Source: Mobula birostris (lineage: Eukaryota). From it: DNA of 64,000 nucleotides. The stretch covers positions 51,170,352 to 51,234,351 of the forward strand of contig NC_092402.1 of NCBI RefSeq assembly GCF_030028105.1, read 5' to 3'. The notes under the pieces are model-generated. The model had not been told where the DNA came from. It did no database searches and saw only the letters and a program-made list of their open reading frames with translations. The position numbers were made by a program, and so were the translations under genes. Positions 48,501-61,389 of the stretch are shown in pieces (position 1 is the first letter of the stretch; every line of letters begins with the position of its first letter).

Positions 48501-51500
48501 GGAGCCCCATACGTTGGTGAATTGTAGGGAGAGGCCCCTTTTGCGGGATGAGGGGAAGATTCTTGAGAAGGAGATGGAAGCAGGAGTCCCTCGTATTTGG
48601 GAGAGATAGGGAAGGAAATGGAGGGGCGGGTCCCTCGTACGGGAGGGGGTTGTGATGGAGATGGAGGAAACAATCTCGGACTGGGGAGGGGAGGGAGATG
48701 AAAGGGATGGACCCTCGAACTGGACGGTGGGAGGGAGGGTGATGGAGGGGAGGTTCCATTGCATTGGGGCTGTGAGTGGGAGGAAGGGAGGTGGAGGGGA
48801 GTGGCACTCCATTGCAGGAAGAGGGGAAACTGCCTCGTACTGTGGAGAAGGAGCAGATGGAGGGTAGGATCCTGCGTAGTGGGTGGGAGGAGATGCAGGA
48901 GGGAGTCCCTAGTATGAGGAGGGAGAAGTTGGTCCCTCATTCTAGAAATGGATAGATAGAGATGCGGTGAGGAACATCACTGAAGAGGGGGGTGGGCCCC
49001 CTTACTCCCTCCATCCTAGCAGATGTCCTCAGCCACCTCCTGCCTCTGGAGTCAGCCTGGGACGAGGTGGTTCAGGCCTGGAGGGCCAGGTGCTGTCTGG
49101 TTGCTCTGCGATGGGTTGTGGAGAGGGACTGATCCTCTCTTTCTCCCCCATCTGAGTGCTCCCTGCAGTATGTCTGCACCAACGTAGGAGCTGTCTCATT
49201 GAAATGTTTATCCTCTAGCACTCGTGTTTACCTGAGGTTAATGGTGTAGAGCGTTTAATACATGCCGCGACACTCCAAGTTGATCCGTTCACAAGCATTC
49301 CTGATCAGCGTGACAGTGATTTCTGATTAAGAGATTTATATTCAGTTCTCTGACAGTTTTGCACCACAAACTCTTTGCCTCTCCTCCTCTCTCCTGTGTT
49401 GTCTGAGGGGTGGTGTTCACTGAGTGATGCCAAAACTTTGTCCTTGGTTACTGAAACTGTTCCCCCTGCACTGGACCACTGGTGGCTCTTCCATCTCACT
49501 TCACTGTCCACTGAGGAAGGAGGTCCAGATGATGCTGATATTGTTCTGATTCCCCACACCCCTCCTCGAGCGACCTCCCGCGAGCCCTGTCCCCACAACT
49601 CCACTATGTGTGTGTGTCCGTCTGTCTGTCTGTCTCCCTCTCCACACCCCACTCCCTCCCTCTCTCCGCACCCCACTCCCCCCCCACTCTCTCCCTCTTT
49701 CTCTCTCCATCCCACTCCCCCATCTCTCCTGAGCCTTCAGCCACCTGGGTCCCCCAAGTGGTGAAATTTTTAAGATAAATTTCCAGTCTCTGCATGTTGT
49801 GGCAACAACATTGTTATTTGCCCCTGGAATGAGGTTCTTGCCAAACCATTTCAGACCAAATTTAAAAGAAAATGTTTTGTTGACTAGAATCATCATTTCT
49901 TTTCCTCCATTAACCAGATGTGTTTTCTTTGCAATTCAAAAGATTTGGAGATGTTTCCAGATAATGAATTTTAAATGTAATTAATTTTAAAATTCCACAC
50001 TGTTAATCTGAATTTATATCGTGTGGGGAGTGCTGCTGCCTCGACTAGATCCAGAGACCTGGGTTCTATCTCGAACTCCAAGGTTGTCTCTGTGGTGCCT
50101 GCGTGTTCTCTCCCCCCCCCCCCCCAACCCCTGACCTCATGGGTTTCTCACGAGTGCTTCTGTTGCCTCCCACGTCCTAACGACATGCGAGGTCAGTATG
50201 TCAGCAGGGATTTGATGGGCTGCAGGCTCTGAGCTGCTGGTGCTGGTGTTCGGACAGGCATCGCGGGTTGGGGGGGGGTGTTTTTGGGAGAACAGTGGGT
50301 TGATGTAGGGAGGCTTGAGCCAAGTCCTTGCAGGAGTTCCCTGAGCCTGGCCCTCCCACTCGCTCCCTACGTCATGTGCTTTGGTGGTGTTTCCGTGTCA
50401 GGCAGTGAGAGAAATTCTTGGCTGGAAGGAAGAAAACAATTCCAGAGGCAATCAAAGGGCCTCAAAGATAAACAGAAGACTGCTCCCGCCAGCATATAAC
50501 ACTAGCAGAGGGAGGATTACATGGTGCTTTAAACATCAGCAGTGTGGGGAGTATGTTATCCCAAAGTCACAGAGTAATATAGCTTGAAAACACACCCTTC
50601 AGCCGATCTGGTCCATGCTGGCAATCCTCCAAGCCCCTCGGCTCCACTTACCTATCCAATTGCCTCTTAAATGTTGCAGTTGTACCTGCTTTGACCACTT
50701 CCTCTGGCTGCTCATTCCGGATACTCATCACCATTAGTGTTGCCTCTCAGGTCTCTTTTAAATCTCCCTATTTGTGTTGTGCAGTTTTGGATTCCCCAAT
50801 CCTGAGGAAAAACTTGCCCCTCATGATTTTATCAAATAAGGATCCCTTCATTGTTGTGCACTGCAAGGAGTAAAGATCCAGCATGACCAACCGTTCCCAA
50901 TAACTTCGGCCCTCTTGTCCATGCAGCATCCTTATAAATTTCTTTTGCACTCTCTGTCCATGTTGACAATGTCATTCCTATAATTGTGACCAAACTTGAA
51001 AATGCTTGAAGTGAGGCAACTTGTATAACTGCAATATGATGTCTCTACTCCTATGCTCGATGCTTTGACAGATGAAGGCCAGCACATCTTCTTTACCACC
51101 CTATCTACTTGCATGGCTGCTTTCTGCAAACTGTGCATTTGTACTACCAGGTTCCTCTGTTCCAAAACACCATAGGAGTCTCAACTAGAGAGAGTGCAAT
51201 ACTAGATCTATTCAGGAATGAGGCAGGGCAGCTGACTGTGTCGGGGGAAGGTTTGCATCTGGTGATCATAATGCCATTAATTTCAAGGTAATTATGGAAA
51301 AGGACGGGTCTGGTCCTCATGTTGAGATTCCAAATTGAGGAAAGGCCAAATTTGATGGTATCAGAAAGGACCTGGCAAGTGTGGATTGGGACAGGTTGTT
51401 TTCTGGCAAAGGTGAGGGCTAGAGTATAAGAAATGAAAGAGAACACTTAAGGAAATCAGGAGGGCTGAAAGAAGACAGGTTGCTCGAGCAGACAGAGTGA

Positions 51501-54500
51501 AGGAGAATCATAAGGGATATGTTAAGAGCAAAAGATTTGCAAGAGACAAAATTATTCCTCTGGAAGATCAGAATGGTAATCAAAAGAAATGGGGGAGATC
51601 TTAAATTGATTTTTTGCATCTGTATTTACTCGGGAGATGTGTGTAAAATCTATAGAAGTGAGACAAGGCAGCAGCGAGGCTATGGACCCTGTACAGATTA
51701 CACAGGAAGAGGAGTTTACTGTCTTGAGGTAAATCAGTGTGGTCAAATCCCAGGGCCTGACAAGGTGTTCCCTCGGATCCTGTGGGAACCTGGGGTGGTG
51801 GAGGAGACAGAAACAGGGACTTTTAAGAGATGTTTGTTCATTTCCATAGATGCTGTCTGACCTGAGTCCCTGCAGTATTTTGTGTGTCTTTTTACCTTTG
51901 CAGTTTCTTAACTCTACTCCCAAAGATTCTACCTCTTTCAATCCTTTTTCCCTTTTTAAGAATTTGATTTCATTTTGTACTAACAGACTCACTCCACTGC
52001 ACCCTCCACTTACCTGCCTGTCCTTTCAATACAATGTGTATTCTTGGATGTTAAGTTCCCAACTATGATCTTTCAGCAACATCTCAGGGAGGCCACAATG
52101 TCATACCTACCAATCTAACTGTGCTACAAGATCATCTACCTTATTTCGTATACAGCGTACGTTCAAATATAACACCTTCACTCCTGTATTCATTAACCTT
52201 TTCAATTTTGCCCCCATGTTGCAGAAGTTAAATTTATACCCCTTTCTAAACCTTTTGTCTTCTGGACACTTTTGTAATCCCTCCTGTACTCTTTTTCCCT
52301 TAACTTTTCCAGACTGTTGAACACCACCTCTCATTATTTAGTTTAAAGCTCTTTCCATGTTCTAATTTCTCCCAGATTCTACCCCTCATCCACAGATGGG
52401 GGACAGTTCACAGCAGGAGGAATGCGGAGCATCTGGGGGGGAACGCATGCAGTCATGGCAAGGGTATGCAGACACACAAGTGTTAGGGTCGAGGGCAAGG
52501 GGAGATGGTGGGGATAGGTGCTTCCCTCCCTTCCTGAGCAGCTGTAGGAATGGAGTGCTGGGTTAATGGTTCTGCGGCTGAGACTGGGAGATTGGTGAGT
52601 TTGAAGATCGAAAGCTGGGGTGGGTGAATAACTGTGTGTTCTCTCGCTGTCAGGCACCCCTGATCCAGGCCATCTTCAACCGAGATCGGGAGGAAGTGAA
52701 GTCGCTGATAAACAGGAGTGAGGACGTCAATGGATTGGTATGCGGAGCTGCACACACTCAGGGTGTTGATGGGGAGAAGAACGGGGATGCGTAGTGAGGA
52801 CATCAGTGGGATGTGGGGACCTGCACACTCTGGGTGGTGATGGTGTGAGGGAGCAGGTGGGGAATATGTAGTGAGGACATCAGTGGAACCATGGAGCGGG
52901 ATAGGGAGTGTGTAGCAAGGACTGGAGTGTGTGTCAACTATATGCAGCACTCACTCCCCATTATGACGGGTGACTGATGCCTGGCTTTGTTCACAGGACC
53001 AAGAGAAGCGGACACCACTTCATGCAGCAGCCTACCTGGGTGATGTTCAGATCATCGACATGCTCATCCAGTCAGGTAAGGCTCTGTCATTCTGGAACCC
53101 CTTCACTGACACTTCTCTACTCCCACCGTACAAGCCCCCTGACCCACCTCCTGTGTGTGCATGCGTGTGTGAGACCTTCCTCTGTGTCTCTCATCCTCCC
53201 CATCCCTGTCATCGTATATCACCTTTGACCCTGACCCTCCTCTCTGCATACTTCACTCCCCCCAGCTTCATGCATATATCACTGATTCTTGAAACTGCGG
53301 TGAGAACATGTCCCACTAAGAAAAGTGCTAATTCCGTTGCAAATGAATAACATTTTCTTAGTTAAAATAATCAGGGTTGATCATCTGAGGGTCAAATGCA
53401 ACATTTTTTCATATGTTTGTTTTTAATTTTATAAATTAAATGATTATATGATAGCCCAGTACCCACAAAATCAGTTGTCCTCAGACAAGAGATTATCATT
53501 TCAATTTGATAAAAAAGTGTGAAAAAATCATTTAAAATGTATAATATATATGCCAGATGAAAGAATAGAGTGAAAAACCTCTTTAAAATTAAAAGTAGTG
53601 AATTTTCAACAGTATTTATCTTATTTTGTGGTTGCTCAAAATGTGTCCCAAGTTTTTGTCAACACTGTCAGACATTTATATAAAAAAAGTAATAAAATCA
53701 GGCAACCACATGGTCAACTATATTCCTGAGGACCCCCTTCCCACCCTCCACATCTGCTAAATGCAACAAGGTCAAACAAGCTCCTGTAAGTTTGCTATTT
53801 TTTTCAATAATTTTTATATATTTATTGATGTTGCTACTGTCATGATCATGACGTGTCAACACTGTCTCTTTTGTATAGAAAGAATTATTTTAAATTATGT
53901 CATAAATTTATGCATTTTAAGTAGAAGCCAGAGGCAGTTAGCAACAGAGGGAAAACAAGATGGCTTCTGTATACAACTCATGCATGTCATGTTTAAAAAA
54001 AACCGTCAGGTTTTCTGTCTAACAGTGGTGACAAAAACATCCAAATCATCCTCAGTGGAGGCTTGAATATAATTTATGATCACAATAAATAGTAATATGG
54101 CTTGTAATGTTTCTTTAACCTCTTTATTTATAATATACAGAATTTCCTCTTTGTTTCTTCCACACACAGGCCCACAATATTTCCTTACTAAATGTATCCT
54201 CAATGACTAAAACCATAAATGAATTTAGTTGCACCATTTCATAATCATTTTATAAAATTTCACTAAATTAAACATAATTAAATTCATACTAATTTTGCAC
54301 AATTTCATAGTAATTCCATTAAATTCTTACCTTCCTTTTATGTATTTTAGGAAGTTATGGCTAGGCAGCAGCTATCAGTGGAGGAGCAAAGGAGAAGAAG
54401 CAGGGAATACCAAAAAAAGTGGAGAGAGAAAATATATAGTGAGCCCGAGTTAAAGGAGGAATACCTGAGAAAGGAAAAGCAAAGATGGAAGAAGAGAGTA

Positions 54501-57500
54501 GAGGATTGGAAGATAAAAACTATCAGTGCATTGAATGAAAGGGAAAAGAGGAGTAAGAGAAAGGCGTGGAAACGTAGACAGCAAGAGTCAAGAGAGCGTA
54601 AGAGAAAGGGCCCAGATCGCCCAGAAACTCCCCCAGATAGTCCATTGAATCAGACTATACAGGAGCCAGCTCGCAGTAGGCAGTCTATAGCAGGTGAAAG
54701 GGAAAGAAAGAAAACAAGAGCAAGATACTTGAGAGAGATGAAAGCTTTGAAAAATAAACTTCGAGATAATAAAAGATGGGAACAAACTGAAAAAGCGTTG
54801 GCGACGAGAGCAAACTAGAAATAAAAAAACACAAGAATCACCAAGAAAAAAAAACAGAGCAGATGCTACAGGGAAGCAAACTCAAAAACCCCTCCATCAA
54901 GAAAACCCTGCTCTTCCACAACTGTCTCATTCAAGAATTTAATCAAAACAAAAATAATTTACAGTCTGCTCAAACATCAAAGAACTTGACTCTGTCAGGC
55001 AGGGTTCTAAAGAAATATCGCCTGATACACCAGACAAAGCAGTTCGGGCTGACATACAACACACTGCGAAAGAGAAGTACTACAGACAAAAAACCCTCTT
55101 ACATTCAAACAATAACCCCGATGGTTCAGGATTTCTACCATAATGCTGCACAAATGATGGCGGACAAACAGGACACAATAACATGGAAGAAAATAAAGCA
55201 TCAGAGAATGATTCTGACTGACACAATATTCAATCTTCACGGGGAATTCATCAAAAAGGAACCAGCTGTAGAACTCAGTTATTCGTCCTTCTGTGCTTTA
55301 CGTCCATTCTATGTCACAGCACCAAAACCATCAGATTGAAAGACATGCCAGTACCATGAAAATGCAAAGCTGATGTTTGATGTCCTAACAGCATATGGTA
55401 TTGACAAGTCTAGCAGATTGGAGGGTAGTTTTGAACTTGTGTGTTGTTCTCAGACAAGCGAGGCATGTCTCTGTGCTCCTGCACCCGATGTCTCCACAAG
55501 CACACACTTCCCACCCCACAGCAAGAGTTGACCGATGTTGAGTGGCAGCGATGGGAACGAGTTCAGGACCAAACAGCAGATGGAATTCACTGCAATACAA
55601 GATATGTGAAGCGCAATGGCACACTGGCAGAGCTCATCAAACTGTATGAAGACAAACTAAAGGGTGAAACAACAACACGTGTGTGCTTGGTTCAGAACCA
55701 GTCCAGGGAATACAGGAGCTTGATACAGAACTGCAATGAAAGCACTGTAATTGACGTGGACTTTTCTGAGGCTTGGAAATATAGTTCTGAGGTACAGTCA
55801 TGCCATCTTGGTCAGAACCTCCCACAGCTCAATCTGCGCAGTGGCATGTACACACAAAAGTAGAGAAAGCAGGATTTTGTATAATATCAGAATCCAAACG
55901 ACAGGATGCTTCTGCCATTTGGACTCACTTGGAACAAGTCCTCAGAGATATTTGTTTAAAATTTCCAAAAGTTGATACCATTCAATTTTGGTCAGATGGC
56001 CCCAGCAGCAGTACAAAAACAAGAACTTCTCTCTCCTCTGCAATGTCCCTCCAACCCTGGGTTTCCAGAGAACAACCTGGAACAACTTTGCAGCTTCACA
56101 TGGGAAGGGAGCTCCAAGTGGCATTGGGGGAACTGTGAAAAGGACTGCAGAAGGCCTTGTACTACGGGGGAATGGCGTTGAGCATGGCAAGATCTTCCAT
56201 GAGATGGTTGGGAGAAGCCTTTGCAGTACTCAGCTCTATTGTATTGTTGAAGGTGACATGCAGACATATGATGCAGTCCTTTCTCAACCACTATAACCTG
56301 TACCAACAACAGGGAAAATCCATCAGGTTATATCTTACGGAAACAGCATCCATTGCAGATAATTGTCATGTTTCTGTAGTGAACCACAGATGTGCCAGTG
56401 TTTCAGCCCAACAGCATTTCAGTTGTCTGAAAATACACATGCCAGGCTACAGGCTGAGGAGAATGATGGCCCTACCACAATGGGAAAGAACAGAGGGCCT
56501 TTGGCAATGCTGATGGAGGAAATGGAGTAGGAACCCCAGAGTGGTCCTGATGGGACTACGACAGATATATCTGCTGGTGTCATTAATGATGGAGGTTGTC
56601 TTGCAGTCCTTTATGACCAAAACTGGTGGTTAGCAAAGGGCTGTCCCTGTGGATGCTCATAATCAAGATGTTCAAGTGGAGTTCTTGCATCCTCATGGGC
56701 CCAACACGCGTTTCCATCCAAAACCAGGTGGAAAGGATATGTGCTTCGTACCAGTCGAAAATATTCTGGTCAAACTGATGGAGCCATCATTACCAGGTCA
56801 TGCAAGCAGGATGAGGGAGATCTACCACCTGTCTGCAGAAGTCATGGACTTCATAGAGGAGGAGCATATTAATCATCTACTTCCTGATAAAGCTGACTGA
56901 ACGTTTTCGAAGATTTTCAAACCCAGAAATGGATGGAGGAGGTTGCACCGAAATATTGCTTGATTGCTGAGACTTTGTTCTATAAACATATATGTTTAGA
57001 TTTCTTAACACTTAAAATTTTTTCTTTTCAAAATTAAAACCTGTTTTATCCAAATTCTCAAGAATCAGTGATATGTCTCCCACCAGTCTGTTCGCCCCAT
57101 CCCTGGACTCCCTCTGCATCTGCTTCCCCCAGGCACTCCCCCCTCCCTCCTCAATGCATTTCTGAGACACTGGGCACACAGTCTGTCTCAAGCCCTCTGC
57201 TGCCTGGTTGAACTGTTCTTTCCTGGTGAGTCAGACCCAGCCCCTCTCTGTCCCACAGGAGCTAAAGTCAATGCGAAGGACAGCGCCTGGCTGACCCCAC
57301 TGCATCGCGCAGCAGCTTCTCGTAACGAGGTAAGGAACCCTGTTCTACTTTCTGAGCCAGCGTTGGGTCAGTGGGGCGCACTGTGTGAGAGGGGGTCGGG
57401 GAGGGAGACATGAAAAAGGGTGCAGGGGGAGAGGGAGGAAAGATGGGGAGAGAGAACTGTGGGAGGGGTGGCAAGGAGACGAGGGGGTAGCAGTGAAGGG

Positions 57501-59883
57501 GGATGGAAGAAAGAGGAAGTGCAGAGGGAGGAGGGAGCACCACAAAGGTGAGGGAAGAGGGAGAGCTGTGGGAAGGGGAATAGGGAGTGCCACGGAAGTG
57601 AAGTACCAAGCAGTGCAGCAGTTTCAAGGGAAGGAGTGATGTTTGATGGGTGGTGACCGTACCCTCCTCTCCCCACCCCCCACAGCGAGCTGTGAGCGTG
57701 CTGCTGAAGCACTCGGCTGATGCCAATGCCCGAGATAAGTTCTGGCAGACTCCTCTACATGTGGCGGCTGCTAACAAGGCTACCAAGTGCGCTGAACTTC
57801 TTCTGCCGCTGCTCACCAATGTCAATGTGGCCGACCGTACAGGGCGGACAGCACTTCACCACGCTGCCTACAGCAGTCATCTGGAGGTACCTGGCGAGCC
57901 CGGGGGAGGGGGTGGGGGAGATGCATTTGGGATGTGGCATGAGAGAGGGGTCCTGTGAAGTGGGGTTGGTGTTTCTCTGCACTTGCTGTCCTTGCCCTTC
58001 TGGGCAGGAAGAGATGTGTGGTTTGGGAGATGCTGTCGCAATAGCTTGGGTGAGTGAGTACAGTGGGTTTTGCAGACTGCATTTACTGTGTGCAGTTGGT
58101 GGGGTGGGATTGCCGATTGAGCGGGATACTTTTTTCCCAGGTGGTGTCAAGCTTCCTATAGACGGTGGAGAGGTAAGGTTGTATGCATGGACTAACTCCA
58201 CTCCAGTTCCCTCTCCATCCCTGTCACTTCTCCAGAGAATTTTTTCACCTGGAGCGGGATGAACTTATGGAATTTTCTCTGAGATGGGGGATGTTCTGTG
58301 GCAAATCTACTGCCCAGTGAATGTTTTATTTCATTAATTAGCGAGTGAAATGTGGGAGCTGTATTCTCTGACTTGCTCATCCTCATTCTGACTGTCTATT
58401 CCCTGAGGTAGGCAGTGATGTGGGAGAGCTGTTTTTGTTCCTCACCCCCCCCCCCTCACTCTACCTGTTCCCTGGGGTAGGGAGTGGTGTTACCTGTGTT
58501 CCATCCCCCTTACACTGCCTGTCTGTTGCAGATGGTACAGCTGCTGTTGAACAAGGGGGCTTGTGTCAGTGCCTGTGACAAGAAGGAACGTCAACCCATT
58601 CACTGGGCTGCCTTCATCGGTGAGTGTGGGGAGTTTCAGACCTGGTCTGGTGCTTCACCCCTGTCTGTCCCAGAGGTAGAAAACATCTGTGGGGTGGAGT
58701 GTGACCATGTACTTCACGTTTCTCCTCCTCTCCCACCCCACTTTTCCAGGATCCATGACTGGGGGGAGAGGAGAATGAGGTGTTTCTTGATCATTGTTCC
58801 AGCCTGAGATGGATGGGGACTTTGGGGAATTGGCTGACATGTTGATTATGGCATGGGGTTGAGGTGTGGGTGGCTTATCTTAGGGGTCTGAGGCTGTGGG
58901 GGTGAGGTGCGGTGGTTTGCTGTAAGTGGGGGGAGTGGTGGGTCTGGAGGATTCACTGCCCATTCCTGATCTCTGCCCTCTGTTCCAGGGCACCTGGACG
59001 TGATGAAGCTGCTGCTGTCCCGTGGGGCAGTGCCAAGCTGTAAGGATGTGAAGGGATACACCCCGCTGCACGCGGCTGCCTCCAGCGGAAAGTTCGAAGT
59101 GGTGAGGTACCTGCTGAAGCTGGGTTTGGAGGTAAGTCATGTCATTCCTCACCCTCACCCTCACTCCTCGTCCCTCACCTTCCCCTCTCAACACCCCACC
59201 CCTCCCACCTCCTCTCCATCCTCTCTTCATCCCTTATCTCCTGATTCAGCACTCCTCCATCACCCCTGTCCTCCATGCAGCCCTTTCCACCCTCTTCCTC
59301 ACCCCTACCATCACTCCACACTGGCCTCACCCTCCCTTCCCCCCCACACACACACATTTGCTTCCCCCCCCCCACACACACATTTGTACCCTCTCGTCCT
59401 GGGCTGAATGTCTGTGTTGATGTCCCCAGATCGACGAGCCCAATGCCTATGGGAACACAGCCCTCCACATTGCCTGCTACACTGGACAGGACGCTGTGGC
59501 CAATGAGCTGGTCAACTACGGGGCCAACGTCAACCAGCCCAACCTCCTGGGCTTCACACCGCTGCACCTTGCTGCTGTCTCCACCAACGGAGCTCTGTGC
59601 CTGGAGCTGTTAGTCAACAATGGGGCCGATGTCAATGTTCAGGTGGGTCTGCAGCCCTCTCCCACCGCGCAGGGTCTCCAACCCATCGGCTCCCCCCACC
59701 GATCTTGGGGTGTGTGGTGGCTGGCCTAGGGGATGGCAGGTGGCTGTGCTGATACCGCAGGGCAAGGTCACCCCCCCTCTCTCAGTCATCTCCTTTTCTT
59801 CCAGAGCAAGGATGGGAAGAGCCCTTTGCACATGGCTGCGATCCACGGCAGATTCACTCGATCTCAAATCCTCATCCAGAATG
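48228..59883 (+). CDS. ANKRD52: ANKRD52 (PP6 regulatory ankyrin repeat subunit C), coding exons 1-9; continues beyond the window
   Basis: Exons 48228-48254, 52654-52737, 52997-53075, 57259-57329, 57686-57886, 58532-58619, 58989-59131, 59430-59642 and 59805-59883. Residues [34 protein letters not shown] and [18 protein letters not shown] favour ANKRD52 over ANKRD28/44. The gene neighbours CS as in human. Confidence 0.93.
50590..52350. mobile_element. CR1 LINE fragments in ANKRD52 intron 1
   Basis: [17 protein letters not shown] (EN start), [19 protein letters not shown] remnants. Confidence 0.7.
52654..52737 (+). CDS. ANKRD52: ANKRD52 exon 2
   Basis: [28 protein letters not shown]. Confidence 0.92.
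52997..53075 (+). CDS. ANKRD52: ANKRD52 exon 3
   Basis: [26 protein letters not shown]. Confidence 0.93.
53276..57074 (+). mobile_element. Sola2-like DNA transposon (about 3.8 kb) with a decayed transposase at 54357-56900
   Basis: TIR ATATCACTGATTCTTGA at 53276-53292 and inverted at 57058-57074. Motifs [24 protein letters not shown] and [24 protein letters not shown] are spread over several frames because of frameshifts and stops. Confidence 0.85.
57259..57329 (+). CDS. ANKRD52: ANKRD52 exon 4
   Basis: [23 protein letters not shown]. Confidence 0.93.
57686..57886 (+). CDS. ANKRD52: ANKRD52 exon 5
   Basis: [37 protein letters not shown]...[10 protein letters not shown]. Confidence 0.94.
58532..58619 (+). 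CDS. ANKRD52: ANKRD52 exon 6
   Basis: [29 protein letters not shown]. Confidence 0.93.
58989..59131 (+). CDS. ANKRD52: ANKRD52 exon 7
   Basis: [47 protein letters not shown]. Confidence 0.93.
59430..59642 (+). CDS. ANKRD52: ANKRD52 exon 8
   Basis: [38 protein letters not shown]...NNGADVNVQ. Confidence 0.94.
59805..59883 (+). CDS. ANKRD52: ANKRD52 exon 9
   Basis: [26 protein letters not shown]. Confidence 0.94.
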
Positions 59884-59892
59884 GTAGGTCTA

Positions 59893-60116
59893 TGTTGTGT
59901 ATGTGGCCTGGCTACACAACAGTGCTATTAATAAAAACGCTGGAGACGGGAGCTAAGTTTCGTGGTTTTTTATTGGCAGAATCCGAACTTTAACACACAC
60001 GTACAGATCAATACGCGCCTAATAACGCATGCTCAATATGCGCCTAATAGCGCATTCAAAGACGTTTTACTAAAACATAAAGTAGTCCCTTATTATACTG
60101 TAGGCTATACGGTACA
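59893..60116 (-). repeat. 3' LTR
   Basis: Direct repeat of 62910-63130, with about 13 differences by eye, many at CpG. Confidence 0.95.
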
Positions 60117-60436
60117 CTCCTCCCCTTTTATTTTAATAGTGTATCAACTTTTTTTTTACTGGGTCACTATGCTAAACAAATATGTTTACCCATACAAACA
60201 TCGACCATTTGTTTACTTAGTAATTTAATAATATTAAATTATAACAAGCTTTTTTTTTACTTTTGGTCTAAGACCCATTTATAACTCAAGTCTCTGGGGG
60301 TCTTCTCTGCCTCTCCAGGTAACATCTGTCAATAAACTTGTTTGTTTTAATACAGATTTCCATATAAAAGTCATGAAAAGTTGACCTCTGAACATAGGGA
60401 GTTAAGAAGATGTACGCCTCCAACTTGCTAAGAGTT

Positions 60437-61367
60437 CTAGGCAGCAGATCGCCTCCGTATAATGAAGACTCCTCTGTGCAGCTGTCCTAGATATATACAC
60501 ACCTTTGTGCTATCACTTGTCTTCCTTGCCCATATCTCATATGTTCCAACTGAGCTAATTACACAGCCAATCTCCGTATTCTCCTTAGATTCCAAATAGA
60601 TAGCCTGACCTTTATGATACCATCTCTTATCGTAATGTAACTTTCCATCTTCTATTTGTGCTTCATATCTTTGTGCTGGTGATTCAGCAGGAGTGCTGGG
60701 AAGATGCTCAGGAGAAGACGGAGATGCTGGTCTTTTTGGAGATTTAAGCTTATTGAGAGTTTGCAGATCTTCCATTATCTGTTCATCTGTTAACAAGCAA
60801 TTTAACTCCACAGGTGCTGGTTTTCGTCTTTTGTCTGTAATTGGAACAGGGTCATTTGGTCTCCTTAGTTTCCTAGTCGTTATTGGCTTTACCTCCATAG
60901 AATCTCCTGTGAGTTCCATTGTTAGCCTCTCATTCTCAATCATCTTTTTTTCTTCTAACTCAATCTTTTTATCTTCAAATTCCTTCACTGCTGCTTTCTT
61001 CTCTTTAATATAATTCCTTTCAACTCATTCTGTCTCCAGTTGCAGAAGAAGCTCTGCATTTTGTATTCTTTCCTTGTATTGTTGATCTAGTTTCTTCATC
61101 CTTTTCATGATACTCCTGCAAAGTGCCTTCCTGTAACTGCTGTAGCTGTCTTTTGAGAGATGTCAATTTCTCCTGGTACATCTGCTCTTTTACTTCCAGG
61201 TAGTCTTCATCATCCTGCTTATTGGCAATATCTGTCTCCCTTGCATCCTCTGTATCTTCATCCGATTTGCGGCCACGGATACTGCGGTCGTCCTCATCGT
61301 CGACGCTGTCTGGCTCCTCCTCGTCATTCTAATAGTCAACAATGGGTGAGAGGAGAGCTGCAGACAT
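60437..61367 (-). pseudogene. SUDS3: Processed SUDS3 (SDS3) retrocopy inside the LTR element
   Basis: Intronless: [79 protein letters not shown]. Lesions: TAG at 61331-29, a +1 frameshift near 61108, TGA at 61027-25, and an apparent in-frame deletion near 60955. Confidence 0.95.
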
Positions 61368-61389
61368 CTTCCCCGCCTTGCTGCCCTCC

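Noticed and set aside
49150-49500. Non-repetitive segment in ANKRD52 intron 1 as a snoRNA or conserved element
   Set aside because: There is no convincing C/D or H/ACA box arrangement or terminal stem. An alignment would be needed.
54357-54818. Lys/Arg/Glu-rich 153-aa ORF as an independent gene
   Set aside because: It is the N-terminal part of the broken Sola2-like transposase, inside the TIRs.
60437-60988. 183-aa ORF as a functional nested SUDS3 gene
   Set aside because: The upstream part has two stops and a frameshift, the ORF has no proper ATG start, there are no introns, and it lies inside an LTR element.
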